Positions 35,798-45,572 of a stretch of DNA of 51,960 bases are shown piece after piece. Origin of the DNA: a virus (lineage: Duplodnaviria; Caudoviricetes); the IMG/VR virus record IMGVR_UViG_3300012943_000040, positions 1 to 51,960 of that record; one strand, written 5' to 3'. The first letter of the stretch is position 1; every line of letters begins with the position of its first letter. The notes beneath the pieces were generated by a model. The model saw only the letters and a program-made list of their open reading frames with translations, was not told the DNA's origin and made no database searches. The position numbers were made by a program, and so were the translations under genes.

Positions 35798-35918
35798 TCG
35801 CATATGCGATAAGGGTTTCCCCCTAGGAAGCGCTGGGAAGCACCTTAAATCGCTCAACGCGTGACGCGTGATAAATTACTCGATGTCAAGTCAATAGTCG
35901 CTTCAGGAGGCAGGGAAG

Positions 35919-36113
35919 ATGGTAGAACAACTTCGCTGCGAGGGTACCCTACACGGGGTCCTATCTGACGATCACATGGCCCTAGAAGTTAAGTGCCATC
36001 ATCGTCGATGCGGATACGCTAAGGGCATCATCGTCCTCCACACCTTCGATCTGGCGACCGGTCAGCTCGTACAAACCCGGAGGTTCCGAGAACCTCAACC
36101 ACGAAAGGAATGA
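35919..36113 (+). CDS. small zinc-ribbon protein (Mu Com-like)
   Basis: LRCEG...LEVKCHHRRCG; directly upstream of major tail gene. Confidence 0.45.
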   Translation: MVEQLRCEGTLHGVLSDDHMALEVKCHHRRCGYAKGIIVLHTFDLATGQLVQTRRFREPQPRKE

Positions 36114-36114
36114 C

Positions 36115-36660
36115 ATGGCACTCGCAGCATATGCTCTGCCATTCGGACTGAGGCAGGTGAAGCTCGTTCCGCTCGATAACGCGGGAGCAGAGGTCACCGC
36201 GAGCGCAGTCATGCTCCCCGCTTCTCGCACGTTCTCCTTCTCTGAGGTGGAGGACTTCGAGTCGCTCGAGGGCGATGACCGAACGGTCGCCAGCCACGGA
36301 TCCGGACCCACGGTCGACTGGGATCTTGAGGGTGGTGGTATTTCGCTGGATGTCTGGAAGGTGCTCGGCGGTGGTACCATCGCTTCGAGCGGAACTACCC
36401 CCAGCGTCGTTCGCACGTTCACGAAGAAGACCACGGATGCTCGTCCGTACTTCAATGCCTACGGTCGCTCAGTCAGTGACAACGGGGGCGACTTCAAGAT
36501 GGTGGTCTATCGCTGCAAGGCGGATGGCGACCTCGAAGCCGAACTCTCGAACGGGTCGTTCCAGCTCACGAAGGCGTCGGGTAAGGGCTATGGCAATCTC
36601 GACGACGACCTGCTCTATGACTTCATCCACAGCGAGACTGCGGAAGCACTCGAAGTCTAA
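36115..36660 (+). CDS. major tail protein
   Basis: PFGLRQVKL...LEGDD motifs; high GC3; synteny. Confidence 0.8.
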   Translation: MALAAYALPFGLRQVKLVPLDNAGAEVTASAVMLPASRTFSFSEVEDFESLEGDDRTVASHGSGPTVDWDLEGGGISLDVWKVLGGGTIASSGTTPSVVRTFTKKTTDARPYFNAYGRSVSDNGGDFKMVVYRCKADGDLEAELSNGSFQLTKASGKGYGNLDDDLLYDFIHSETAEALEV

Positions 36661-36727
36661 TTGGTCGAGCGGGGGCGGAGGATCGAGCATGAGCTTCGTC
36701 CCCGCAAGATCAATGCGAGGTATCGGG

Positions 36728-36794
36728 GGTTGTTGCGTGATGTGATGCGTGCATTATACCCTTAGGGGGTATTGCACGCAACGCAATTCTCAAC
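36728..36794 (+). terminator. long hairpin between major tail and chaperone genes
   Basis: TGCGTGCA..TACCC/GGGTA.TGCACGCA core extended by TTGCGT/ACGCAA. Confidence 0.5.
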
Positions 36795-36852
36795 GACACC
36801 TCGATGACTTGCTCATCACAAACTAAACAAACAAGATCCCAGTGAGGACATC

Positions 36853-37455
36853 ATGGCCGCAACACGCAAGGCGCAGGCAACTGCAGAACAACGCCGCATC
36901 TCTCAGATCGGCGACTTCAAGAAGCGCATCGGTGGAGTAATCGAACTCCCGAGCGGCTTCATAGTTCGCTGGAGGAACCCCGGAGGTCTTCGGGCCTTTC
37001 TCGCGAACGGCACTATCCCGAACTCCCTCATGCCGCTGGTGCAGAAGGCTCTCAACTCGAAGCAGGGTGTGGAAGAGTCAGAGGTAGTCGAGTTGATCCA
37101 GGATCCTGAGAAGCTTCAGGAGATGATGGCCCTTTACGACTCCATTGCCGTTCAGCTCATCGTCGAGCCTCGTATCCATGCCGTTCCTACTTGGGATGAC
37201 GTCGAGGCTCACAATGCTAAGGCTGAGTCAGAAGACTTCAAGGTTGAGGTTCCCGAGGATCTTCGGTACGAAGACAAGCTCTACGTCGATGAACTTCCCG
37301 ACGAGGACAAAATGTTCTTGTTCCAGCTGATGACGGGAGGGACGAAGGACCTAGAGACGTTTCGTCAGCGACACGAAATCGGCATGGATTCTCTGGCGAG
37401 AGTCTCAGGCGTTATCGGTCACCCCGTCGACACTTCTGGGACTGACAAGGGGTAG
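36853..37455 (+). CDS. tail assembly chaperone (gpG-like)
   Basis: IELPSG...GTIPNSL...DKMFLFQ; between major tail and tape measure genes. Confidence 0.75.
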   Translation: MAATRKAQATAEQRRISQIGDFKKRIGGVIELPSGFIVRWRNPGGLRAFLANGTIPNSLMPLVQKALNSKQGVEESEVVELIQDPEKLQEMMALYDSIAVQLIVEPRIHAVPTWDDVEAHNAKAESEDFKVEVPEDLRYEDKLYVDELPDEDKMFLFQLMTGGTKDLETFRQRHEIGMDSLARVSGVIGHPVDTSGTDKG

Positions 37456-37651
37456 CTATGAAGCTTATTGCCTTGACCAAGCAATCTGGTACTTCGGCAT
37501 CACCGTCGAAGCAGAGGTAGAAAAGGCCGGACAGAAGATGGATCGTAAGACTGCAGGAGTAATGGCTGCACGCAAGCGAGTTCTTACGAAGCTCATCGAA
37601 GGACCGGATGCCAAGGGATTGTACGCTGATCCCGCGGCACTGTTCCAGTAG
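36853..37651 (+). CDS. frameshift-extended tail assembly chaperone (gpGT-like), +1 shift at TTT-CGT 37360-37365
   Basis: +1 frame is open 37355-37651 and encodes PSTLLGL...YEAYCLDQA; closed upstream by TAG 37352. Confidence 0.65.
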
Positions 37652-37663
37652 TAAGGGGGTGGA

Positions 37664-40600
37664 ATGTCAGGGTCTCTCGGTAACATTCGGGGGCAGTTAA
37701 TCCTCGATGTTAGGCAGGCGCTTAACTCATACACTGCCGCTCGGCAGGCTCACATTTCCACCGTCACTGCTCTGTCAACTGGTGGGGGGGCGATCGCTGC
37801 TGCTGGGGCAATGGTCGCGGGTGCCGGTATCGCCATGGGTGCCGGCATCCTCACCGCCGTTAAGGCTGCTGGTGAGTTTGAACGTAAGCTTGATTACTTC
37901 ACTGCTGTCGGTGGTCCCGACGCTGCAAAGAACTATGATGCGGTGCGGGAGAAGGCGCTTCAGCTTGGTCAGGACACCATCTATTCGGCGGATCAGATCG
38001 CCGATTCCTTTGTCGAGCTAGCTAAGTCTGGTGTCGGGGCTCAAGATATTATCGATGGCATTGGTGAGGGTGTTGCTGCCCTGGGTGCTGCTGCTGATAT
38101 CCCCCTTGACACTGCAGCTAACATTATTACTTCTGCAGTTGCAACATTCAACCTTGGTGCAGATCAAGCTGTCGATGTTGCCAACAAGCTTGCCGGTGCA
38201 GCTAACGCATCGATTGTTGATGTTCAAGATCTAGGTGTATCGCTGAAATATGCGGGTGGTGTTGCTTCAGCACTGAAGGTTCCATTCTCTGATGTTAACA
38301 CTGCTCTTGCAATCCTAGGTGTTAATGGTATCAAGGGTTCTACTGCTGGTACTTCACTTCGCCAGATTCTTCTCGGTTTAAATGGTAGTACCAAGAAAGC
38401 TAAGGATGCTCTTAAAGAACTGGGTATCATCACCGCAGATGGTGCCAATAAGTTCTATGACTCTGAAGGCCGGGCTAAGTCTCTTTCCGAAATCTTTGAA
38501 ATCCTCGGTGATGCTACCAAGGACATGAGTGACCAGCAAAGGGTCGCTACGTATCAGCAAATCTTTGCTACTCGAGCTCTTCCCTCACTGATCGCCCTTA
38601 CTAAGGCCGGAGCCGATGGCTTCGAGGAAATGTATGCGGAGATTAGTAAAACCACCGCCCTCGCAGTCTCCAGTGAACGACTTGACAACCTCAGTGGAGA
38701 CATCGAGATTCTGCGCGGTAATATTGATACCCTGTTGATTGAGTCGGGGTCGGGGTTCCAGACCTTTGCTCGAGGAATAGTCCAGGGAATCACGGCTATG
38801 GTTCAGGCCTTTACTGACCTGCCTGCAGCAGTACAACAGACTATCCTTATCTTTATTGCGGTCTCTGCTGCGCTGCTGACTTTTATTGGTTTCGCTGGTA
38901 TCATTTCGGGGTCTATCCTAAACATCATCGGTTTGGCTATTAGAATCGGTGATGCCATGGGTGGGCTTAGGGCTCTTATGAGTCCCCTAACCAAGGCCTT
39001 CCTAGGCTTCTTTGCCATCCTCAGGGCAAACCCCATTGTTCTTATCATTACCGCTATTGCAGCTCTCATCGGTTTGCTCTATTGGTTCTTTACTCAAACT
39101 GAAACTGGCCAAGGAATCTGGGCTCAGTTCATGGCCCTTATCCAGCAAGCTGCTCCCATCGTTATGGGCTTCTTTAGTCAACTTGCCAGTATTCTGATGG
39201 GTCTTCTTGTTCCGGCTCTTCAGATCATCATGCCCATACTACAGGCTGTTGGTCAGTTCTTCATGGCAATTCTTGCTCCTCTCCTCCCCATCATCACTAC
39301 TGCACTGCAGGGTGTGGGAGAAGCATTCTCGGGTATAGGTACTAATGCTCAGGGGCTCGAGGGTATCGTTGACATTGTAAGTCAGGTGTTCAATGGTCTC
39401 ATTACTGCCATCCCCATCATCATTACTGCTCTTGTACAACTGGTAACAACGCTGATAACAACCCTTGTTGGTATGGTACCGACATTGGTTAGTGGGGCAA
39501 TTACACTCTTCACTTCTCTGATTATAGCTCTGATTACCATCCTTCCAATCCTAATCGATGCTGCCCTGAATCTCATAGTACAGGTTATCACCGCCCTGGT
39601 TGGCATGATTCCCCAGCTTGTACAGGGAGCTTTGACTCTATTCCAAGGAGTACTTACGGCAATTGTTATTGCCCTACCACTGATTGTTAATGGGATTCTT
39701 CAGCTCGTTGTTGCTATTGTTGGAGCTCTAGTCGGAGCCATTCCAATTCTGATTGAGGCAGCCATCCAGCTGTTCACTACACTTGTTGATGCTATCCCGG
39801 TCATCATTCCTCTCCTTCTTGACTCTGCTGTATCTATCTTTACCGCCCTTATCGGAGCAGTTATTGAGGCAGTTCCTCTGTTACTCGATGCAGCTATTAC
39901 TCTCTTCACTTCTCTCCTTGAGGCCTTGGTTGAGATTATTCCGATGATCATTACAACGGTCATTGAACTTATCCCCACCATCATTGTAGCCCTGATATCT
40001 CTCATCCCCATCCTCCTGGATGCAGCGATTAAGCTCTTCATGGCTCTGGTGGAAGCTCTTCCGAAGATTCTACCTAGGCTTATTGACGCGGTTATTAACC
40101 TCATCCCGAAGCTGATTGGTGCTCTACTCGGGTTGATTCCGAAGCTACTAGAGGCTGCATTCAAACTCTTCATGGCCATTGTTCAGGCCATTCCTAAGAT
40201 CATTCCTCCTCTAGTCAAGGCTCTGGTTGACCTCGGTACTCAGATCATCCGAGGCTTGATCAATGGTATTAAGGGGATGGCAGACGCAGTTATTAATGCT
40301 ATCGGCGGAGTAGTTGGCGGGGCCATTGACTGGGCCAAGGGTCTCCTTGGTATTCATTCTCCTTCTCGAGTCTTTGAAGATATCGGAGTTGATACCATTA
40401 CCGGGTTGATCGATGGTCTCGCTGGTGAGCAGCGAGCCCTTGACAACCAGATGGCTACGATGGTAGATTCGATGACTGACTTCTATAGCCAGGTCGATGC
40501 TGCTCGAGAAATGGATCTTGCAATGAGCCTCGGTACTTCTGCGGCCAATACCTCGGTTGGTTTGAATGCGAGTGCTACTGCTCAGCTTTCCGCTATGAAT

Positions 40601-40741
40601 GCCACACTGGCTGAGATTGCTGCTAAGGATACCTTTAACATCGAAGAACTCAACGTCAACAACCCGGAGCCAGAGACCACTTCCAAGGCTCTGCCAGATG
40701 CTATTCGGGATACCGAGTTCCTGCTGAGTGGAGCATCATGA
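37664..40741 (+). CDS. tape measure protein
   Basis: 1025 aa; TP901-type core (GIKGSTAGTSLR, LDNLSGD); long amphipathic repeats; LGIHSPSRVF. Confidence 0.92.
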   Translation: MSGSLGNIRGQLILDVRQALNSYTAARQAHISTVTALSTGGGAIAAAGAMVAGAGIAMGAGILTAVKAAGEFERKLDYFTAVGGPDAAKNYDAVREKALQLGQDTIYSADQIADSFVELAKSGVGAQDIIDGIGEGVAALGAAADIPLDTAANIITSAVATFNLGADQAVDVANKLAGAANASIVDVQDLGVSLKYAGGVASALKVPFSDVNTALAILGVNGIKGSTAGTSLRQILLGLNGSTKKAKDALKELGIITADGANKFYDSEGRAKSLSEIFEILGDATKDMSDQQRVATYQQIFATRALPSLIALTKAGADGFEEMYAEISKTTALAVSSERLDNLSGDIEILRGNIDTLLIESGSGFQTFARGIVQGITAMVQAFTDLPAAVQQTILIFIAVSAALLTFIGFAGIISGSILNIIGLAIRIGDAMGGLRALMSPLTKAFLGFFAILRANPIVLIITAIAALIGLLYWFFTQTETGQGIWAQFMALIQQAAPIVMGFFSQLASILMGLLVPALQIIMPILQAVGQFFMAILAPLLPIITTALQGVGEAFSGIGTNAQGLEGIVDIVSQVFNGLITAIPIIITALVQLVTTLITTLVGMVPTLVSGAITLFTSLIIALITILPILIDAALNLIVQVITALVGMIPQLVQGALTLFQGVLTAIVIALPLIVNGILQLVVAIVGALVGAIPILIEAAIQLFTTLVDAIPVIIPLLLDSAVSIFTALIGAVIEAVPLLLDAAITLFTSLLEALVEIIPMIITTVIELIPTIIVALISLIPILLDAAIKLFMALVEALPKILPRLIDAVINLIPKLIGALLGLIPKLLEAAFKLFMAIVQAIPKIIPPLVKALVDLGTQIIRGLINGIKGMADAVINAIGGVVGGAIDWAKGLLGIHSPSRVFEDIGVDTITGLIDGLAGEQRALDNQMATMVDSMTDFYSQVDAAREMDLAMSLGTSAANTSVGLNASATAQLSAMNATLAEIAAKDTFNIEELNVNNPEPETTSKALPDAIRDTEFLLSGAS

Positions 40742-41565
40742 ACATCACTGAGACTTACTGGTCAGTAGGCGAAGAAAGCCTCCACACCTTCGCTCGGTCG
40801 ATCCAGTCGCTCAACGGGCTAATGGCGCCTCCGGAGTGCCGAGGGGAAGATGTGATGATCCCCTATCTTCCTGGCGAGGTATGGGTACCGAAGGTACCAG
40901 GGGCTCGTTACCTGAGCCTGGGAATCACACTGCTTGGCATCGACATTGACGACGTCGGGGGTACTCCTACTCAAGAAAAGTTCCAGAGCAACTGGAATGA
41001 TCTCGTTAGACTTCTCTGGCGACCAGGTGAGCAATTCGCTCTGACCAAGCGGTTCTATGATAATGGAGAACTTCGAACTGCTACTGCTTTAGTCGAGTTC
41101 GCTGGTGGTATGGAACCTACCATGATGGGTCGTAATGGAGCTAAGGCCGTTGTAAAGCTGAAGCTCGCGGACCCTTACTTCTATGATGATACTTTGGTGA
41201 CTCATAACTTGGTCAATGGGGATCAAACCAAGACGATCCGGGGAAATGCACCCACTCGTAATATCATCGTCACATTCAACGGCGCTCGTGCATATCCTCA
41301 GGTACGAATCAAGTCGCCTGGTATTGACCATCAGGTAGAATATCACAATGATCTGTCGTCAGGTGATGTTGCTACTCTCTACATTCGTGAGATGGAAGCA
41401 ATCACTGACCCAGCAGCTACACCGGCATTCGATTCAGAAACTGAAATTCGTCACACTGGTGCACCTTACTGGCTTGAACTTCGACCGGGCGACAACGTGA
41501 TCAATCTGACTTCGGACTCGGGAGCAGGTAGTGTACAGCTTCAGGTGAGAGGTGCTTGGACGTGA
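40738..41565 (+). CDS. distal tail (Dit-like) minor tail protein
   Basis: LADPYFY and WLELRPGDN motifs; follows tape measure gene. Confidence 0.75.
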   Translation: MNITETYWSVGEESLHTFARSIQSLNGLMAPPECRGEDVMIPYLPGEVWVPKVPGARYLSLGITLLGIDIDDVGGTPTQEKFQSNWNDLVRLLWRPGEQFALTKRFYDNGELRTATALVEFAGGMEPTMMGRNGAKAVVKLKLADPYFYDDTLVTHNLVNGDQTKTIRGNAPTRNIIVTFNGARAYPQVRIKSPGIDHQVEYHNDLSSGDVATLYIREMEAITDPAATPAFDSETEIRHTGAPYWLELRPGDNVINLTSDSGAGSVQLQVRGAWT

Positions 41566-44500
41566 GCAACGAGGGCATCGAACTCGAGGTATACAGTCAT
41601 TCTGACCCCACTCAGTATCTTGGCAAGATCAAGGCTCGGCAAGAACCTTCCTACCTTGAGCAACTGAAGGCAACGGGCAATGGGTCTTTTAAGGTCAATA
41701 CCAACGGGAAGCAGATCAAGGCCCACCCGGAGCTGATTCATAACCGCGTAATCATCAAGCATGTTATCGATGGTGAAACCATAGGTGCTTGGATTCTTGA
41801 CACTAGCACTAAGAAGATCATCTCGACTAATGAACATGGTGACGAGATTGCGCAGTATGCGGGTCCTGGACTCAAGGGTTGGCTCGAGGATGCATTTGTT
41901 CTTCCTGAGGGTGGTCTAAAGACTAGCTCCAAGGATACTCGATCCTTCTCCTTTGCTTCTAAGGATGGTGATTGGTATAACCCCGCTGACTGGAGCAATG
42001 TTACAGTCATGCACCGGGTTCACACTGCCAAGAAGCCCTGGGCTAACGGCCCCGACAAATGGCCTGAGGAAGCACTCAAGGCCCGCTGGGTGTGGAGTCA
42101 AGATGGTACAAGTGCGGCGACCCCTATTGGAACTTCGTTCTTCCGTATTCGAGTACCCATTAGTATTGCTGGTACTTATAGTCTCTATCTTTCAGTGGAT
42201 GATTACTACACCCTTTACCTCAATGGCGAGGAGATTGCAAAGAGTGATCCAGAGGGTAGTGCATGGTTTGAAGCACGGAAAATCAGCCTCGACTTAACTA
42301 CAGGTACTCACACCATTGGCATTCGTGCAACTACTAAGGGTGGTCAAGCGGGTATTGCTCTAGCTCTGTATCGAACAGTAGAGAGTATCGACCCGATTAG
42401 CCAGGGTACATGTACAATGAGTGCAAGTACCGATGTTATCACTAAAAACTCTCATGGCCTTAGCGCCGGACAGAAAGTCTTCTTCACCACAACGGGTAGT
42501 TTGCTTGCCGGTATTTCTCCGAACACTGATTACTATGTTCGAGCAACAACAACTAACACCTTTAGCCTGGCTAACTCTAGCGGTGGTCCTGCAATCGATC
42601 TGACTGGTACCCAGTCTGGGACTCATACGCTTTGGAAGGCTGAGGTACCTGAGCAGAATAAGCTTATTACCTATAGTGGTATGTCTGTTAGTGAACTTAC
42701 CACTATCCGAGATGATAAGCAAGACACTGTTGATGAGCGCGAAGATTACTACACAGGACTTCCTGCTGGTAATAAAGACGGCACTGACGCTCAGAAGAAA
42801 CAGTATAAGAAGAAGCAGGATGCTAAGGCTGCTTACCAGAAAGCAGTGCAGGAGAAGAACGCAGCTCAAACTGAACTAAACATCGCTACTGCTCAAACTG
42901 GTATTACTTGGAAGTGCCAGAATTACCCGAGCAGTGATCCCGGATGGTCACCGGGCGAGATTCTAATGAACCTCCTGGAGGAATCGGCTGCTCGCGGAGT
43001 GATGATGGCGGGTTTACTTACACCCACCTTCACAACTACTGAAGATTCTTATGGTCAGCCTTGGCTTGAAGCCATAGACTGGGAGTTTAAGATCGGTGAG
43101 TCTCTTCTCTCGGTAGCTGCTAAGATGGAAGAGCTGGTCTGCGATATCTGGATTGATCCGGCAGATTACTCGCTTCACATGGTGAATAGTCGAGGTGTCG
43201 ACCGATCTGACTACGTTTACGACGTTGATGATATCACAGTACTTGAATCTCCCATTATTTTCACCCGTGGTAAAAACCTGAAGAATGCCACGATCAAGAC
43301 TAACGGTAAGATCAAAAATACCTTGGCCATTAAGACTGCGGCAGGTTGGCAGGCAGGGATGCCTGATGACCCTACCTCCGTTGCTGAGTATGGGGTTATC
43401 GAGGGGGTTCTTGATACTGGTTCTTCGGGGTCGGTTTCAGGACTCCTTGCTGCTCGTATCTTCGCTGTTCAGGCTCAAGAAGAAGAGGGCGCACAGTACG
43501 AGGTATGGATTCCGCCCGAGGGCAAGAAGCCCGGGTCTCACTACGGGGTCGGTGACCTAGTTCTCGCCCCGGACAAAAATAACCTGTCAACAGTACGTCG
43601 TATAGTCAGCATCTCCTCGGTTGAAGCTGAGAACGGTCAAGCTGCGTATACGATCGAGTTTGACATTGTTTTCGCCAGCAGCGACTCCCGCTTCGGTATG
43701 ATGTTGAGGAAGCTTGGTCAGGGAGGAGTCACTGGCGGTTCTGCGAATGGGGGAGGTTCCACACCCAGCAGCCCGACGATTCCGACCACCATTCCCGCGC
43801 CAGACTACCGAGAAGAAGTTCAGAATATCCTTGTCCGACCCGAGGATCTTGAAATCTTCAGCATCGGTTCTTGGTCTGCTGATGGCGTCAACGCGCTATC
43901 TCAGGTTAACATCGTTTGGGAACCAGTCACTGAGAATACTGATGGCAGCGAAGCCATTCCATTCTCATACACTGTCTGGGGTCGGCCGAACCTCGAGACT
44001 GAGAATGCCTATGTGATGTTCGCCGAGGTGACTGAGCCTAAGGCAGTTATCGAGGGCTTCGTCCCAGGAACTGAGTGGACATTCAAGGTTTACGCGGTCA
44101 ACAGTTCGGGTAATATATCTGAGCCTTCTGAAGAAGTTCAGCACACCATGCTCGGCCCGACTGAGCCAATGGATGCTCCTGATACCCCGACTCTTAGCTC
44201 TAACAAGGGCATGCTCACTGTTACCTGGAATGGTAAGCTTGCCGGCGAGGACCCGCCTCCGCAGTTCCGATACGTCTATGCTGAAATCAGTGAGGATGGT
44301 AGTACGGGGTGGACTCGGATGGGAGCTGCCCTTTCTCGGGATGGACGCAATATCGCCATCGCTAACCTAGAAGTCAATGAGGACTATTGGGCTAGATTGG
44401 TTGCCGTCGATGGCATGGGAATCGCCTCAGCGCCGTCCTCAAGCGCCACAATTACGCTGACTGGCATCGACCTTGGTGACCTCGATGAGTCGATTGAGGA

Positions 44501-45572
44501 AGCAATAGATGCTGCTGAGGAAGCGGGCCTTGCAGCGCGCGAGCAGTTGAATATACTCAGCGACAACAGTTTCGAGCTTAATACTGAAGAGTTCTGGGAT
44601 CTGAACACCGGATGCGTCAACAGTAACACTGATCCCCACTCGGGTGATCGCCACCTGATTGCCACATCTACCGGTAGTGACTTTGAAGCTTTTGTCTACC
44701 AGCGACCGCTTCCCTGCGAACCGGGCGATCAGTTCTACCTGCGGGTGTGGGTTAAGCCCGGGGGAACTTACGATGATGACGGCCTAACCCTCTCAGTAGA
44801 GCATGGCGAGGATGAGTCAACTACTGAAACTGAAGAGTTTGCCCCATCTGGAGAACTGACCTCTGGTGTTTATCAAATGGTATCGGGTGTTTGGTTAGTA
44901 CCTGCTGACACCTATTTCTTCCGTCCTCGAGTAATGGTGACTGATGCAGTTGCGAGTCACACATACAAGATCGATGATATCCGCATGTATCGGATGACAG
45001 CTGAAGCTGACATTGTTAATGCGTCGATTACTACAGATAAACTTGCTGCTGGTTCGGTGGTAGCAGAAAAGATCCAGGCCGGGGCGATTGCAACAGAGCA
45101 TATCCAAGCCGGAGCGATTGATACTGAGAAGCTTCAGGCTGACTCAGTTACTGCTAATGAGATTGCTGCTGGTTCTATTGAGGCTAACCACATTGCAGTC
45201 GGGGCAGTGCAGACTAGTCACATCTCTCCCGAGGTTGGTGGCGAGCTCAACCTAGAAGCCAATGACTCGATCCAACTGGTAGTCGGTCAGATTGCGGGTG
45301 TGGAAGATGACCTAAATGCCACCTCTGAGAATCTCGAGGAGATGCAGACCTATTATCAGTTCGGTACTGACGGGGCTGTCATCTCCAAGCCGGGGTCAGT
45401 ATTTGCGCTGGCGCTCCGGAATGATACCATTGAGATGTTGGAGAATGGGCACGTTGTCTCTTACTGGAACTCAGGGGTTATGTACGTAGATCAGTTTGTC
45501 GGAGAGGTTGTTACTCTCGGTAATCACCAGATTGCCAAGAATGGTGATGGCACAGTGGTGAGGGCTCTGTAA
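41556..45572 (+). CDS. large minor tail / central fibre protein with FN3 and carbohydrate-binding-like domains (start may be GTG 41562)
   Basis: FN3 patterns PGTEWTFKVYAVNSSG and YWARLVAVDGMG; NSFE CBM-like start; ITTDKLAAGSVVAEKIQAGAI repeats. Confidence 0.8.
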   Translation: MDVSNEGIELEVYSHSDPTQYLGKIKARQEPSYLEQLKATGNGSFKVNTNGKQIKAHPELIHNRVIIKHVIDGETIGAWILDTSTKKIISTNEHGDEIAQYAGPGLKGWLEDAFVLPEGGLKTSSKDTRSFSFASKDGDWYNPADWSNVTVMHRVHTAKKPWANGPDKWPEEALKARWVWSQDGTSAATPIGTSFFRIRVPISIAGTYSLYLSVDDYYTLYLNGEEIAKSDPEGSAWFEARKISLDLTTGTHTIGIRATTKGGQAGIALALYRTVESIDPISQGTCTMSASTDVITKNSHGLSAGQKVFFTTTGSLLAGISPNTDYYVRATTTNTFSLANSSGGPAIDLTGTQSGTHTLWKAEVPEQNKLITYSGMSVSELTTIRDDKQDTVDEREDYYTGLPAGNKDGTDAQKKQYKKKQDAKAAYQKAVQEKNAAQTELNIATAQTGITWKCQNYPSSDPGWSPGEILMNLLEESAARGVMMAGLLTPTFTTTEDSYGQPWLEAIDWEFKIGESLLSVAAKMEELVCDIWIDPADYSLHMVNSRGVDRSDYVYDVDDITVLESPIIFTRGKNLKNATIKTNGKIKNTLAIKTAAGWQAGMPDDPTSVAEYGVIEGVLDTGSSGSVSGLLAARIFAVQAQEEEGAQYEVWIPPEGKKPGSHYGVGDLVLAPDKNNLSTVRRIVSISSVEAENGQAAYTIEFDIVFASSDSRFGMMLRKLGQGGVTGGSANGGGSTPSSPTIPTTIPAPDYREEVQNILVRPEDLEIFSIGSWSADGVNALSQVNIVWEPVTENTDGSEAIPFSYTVWGRPNLETENAYVMFAEVTEPKAVIEGFVPGTEWTFKVYAVNSSGNISEPSEEVQHTMLGPTEPMDAPDTPTLSSNKGMLTVTWNGKLAGEDPPPQFRYVYAEISEDGSTGWTRMGAALSRDGRNIAIANLEVNEDYWARLVAVDGMGIASAPSSSATITLTGIDLGDLDESIEEAIDAAEEAGLAAREQLNILSDNSFELNTEEFWDLNTGCVNSNTDPHSGDRHLIATSTGSDFEAFVYQRPLPCEPGDQFYLRVWVKPGGTYDDDGLTLSVEHGEDESTTETEEFAPSGELTSGVYQMVSGVWLVPADTYFFRPRVMVTDAVASHTYKIDDIRMYRMTAEADIVNASITTDKLAAGSVVAEKIQAGAIATEHIQAGAIDTEKLQADSVTANEIAAGSIEANHIAVGAVQTSHISPEVGGELNLEANDSIQLVVGQIAGVEDDLNATSENLEEMQTYYQFGTDGAVISKPGSVFALALRNDTIEMLENGHVVSYWNSGVMYVDQFVGEVVTLGNHQIAKNGDGTVVRAL

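Noticed and set aside
39200-40250. Repetitive hydrophobic low-complexity segment
   Set aside because: Ordinary amphipathic repeats of a tape measure protein
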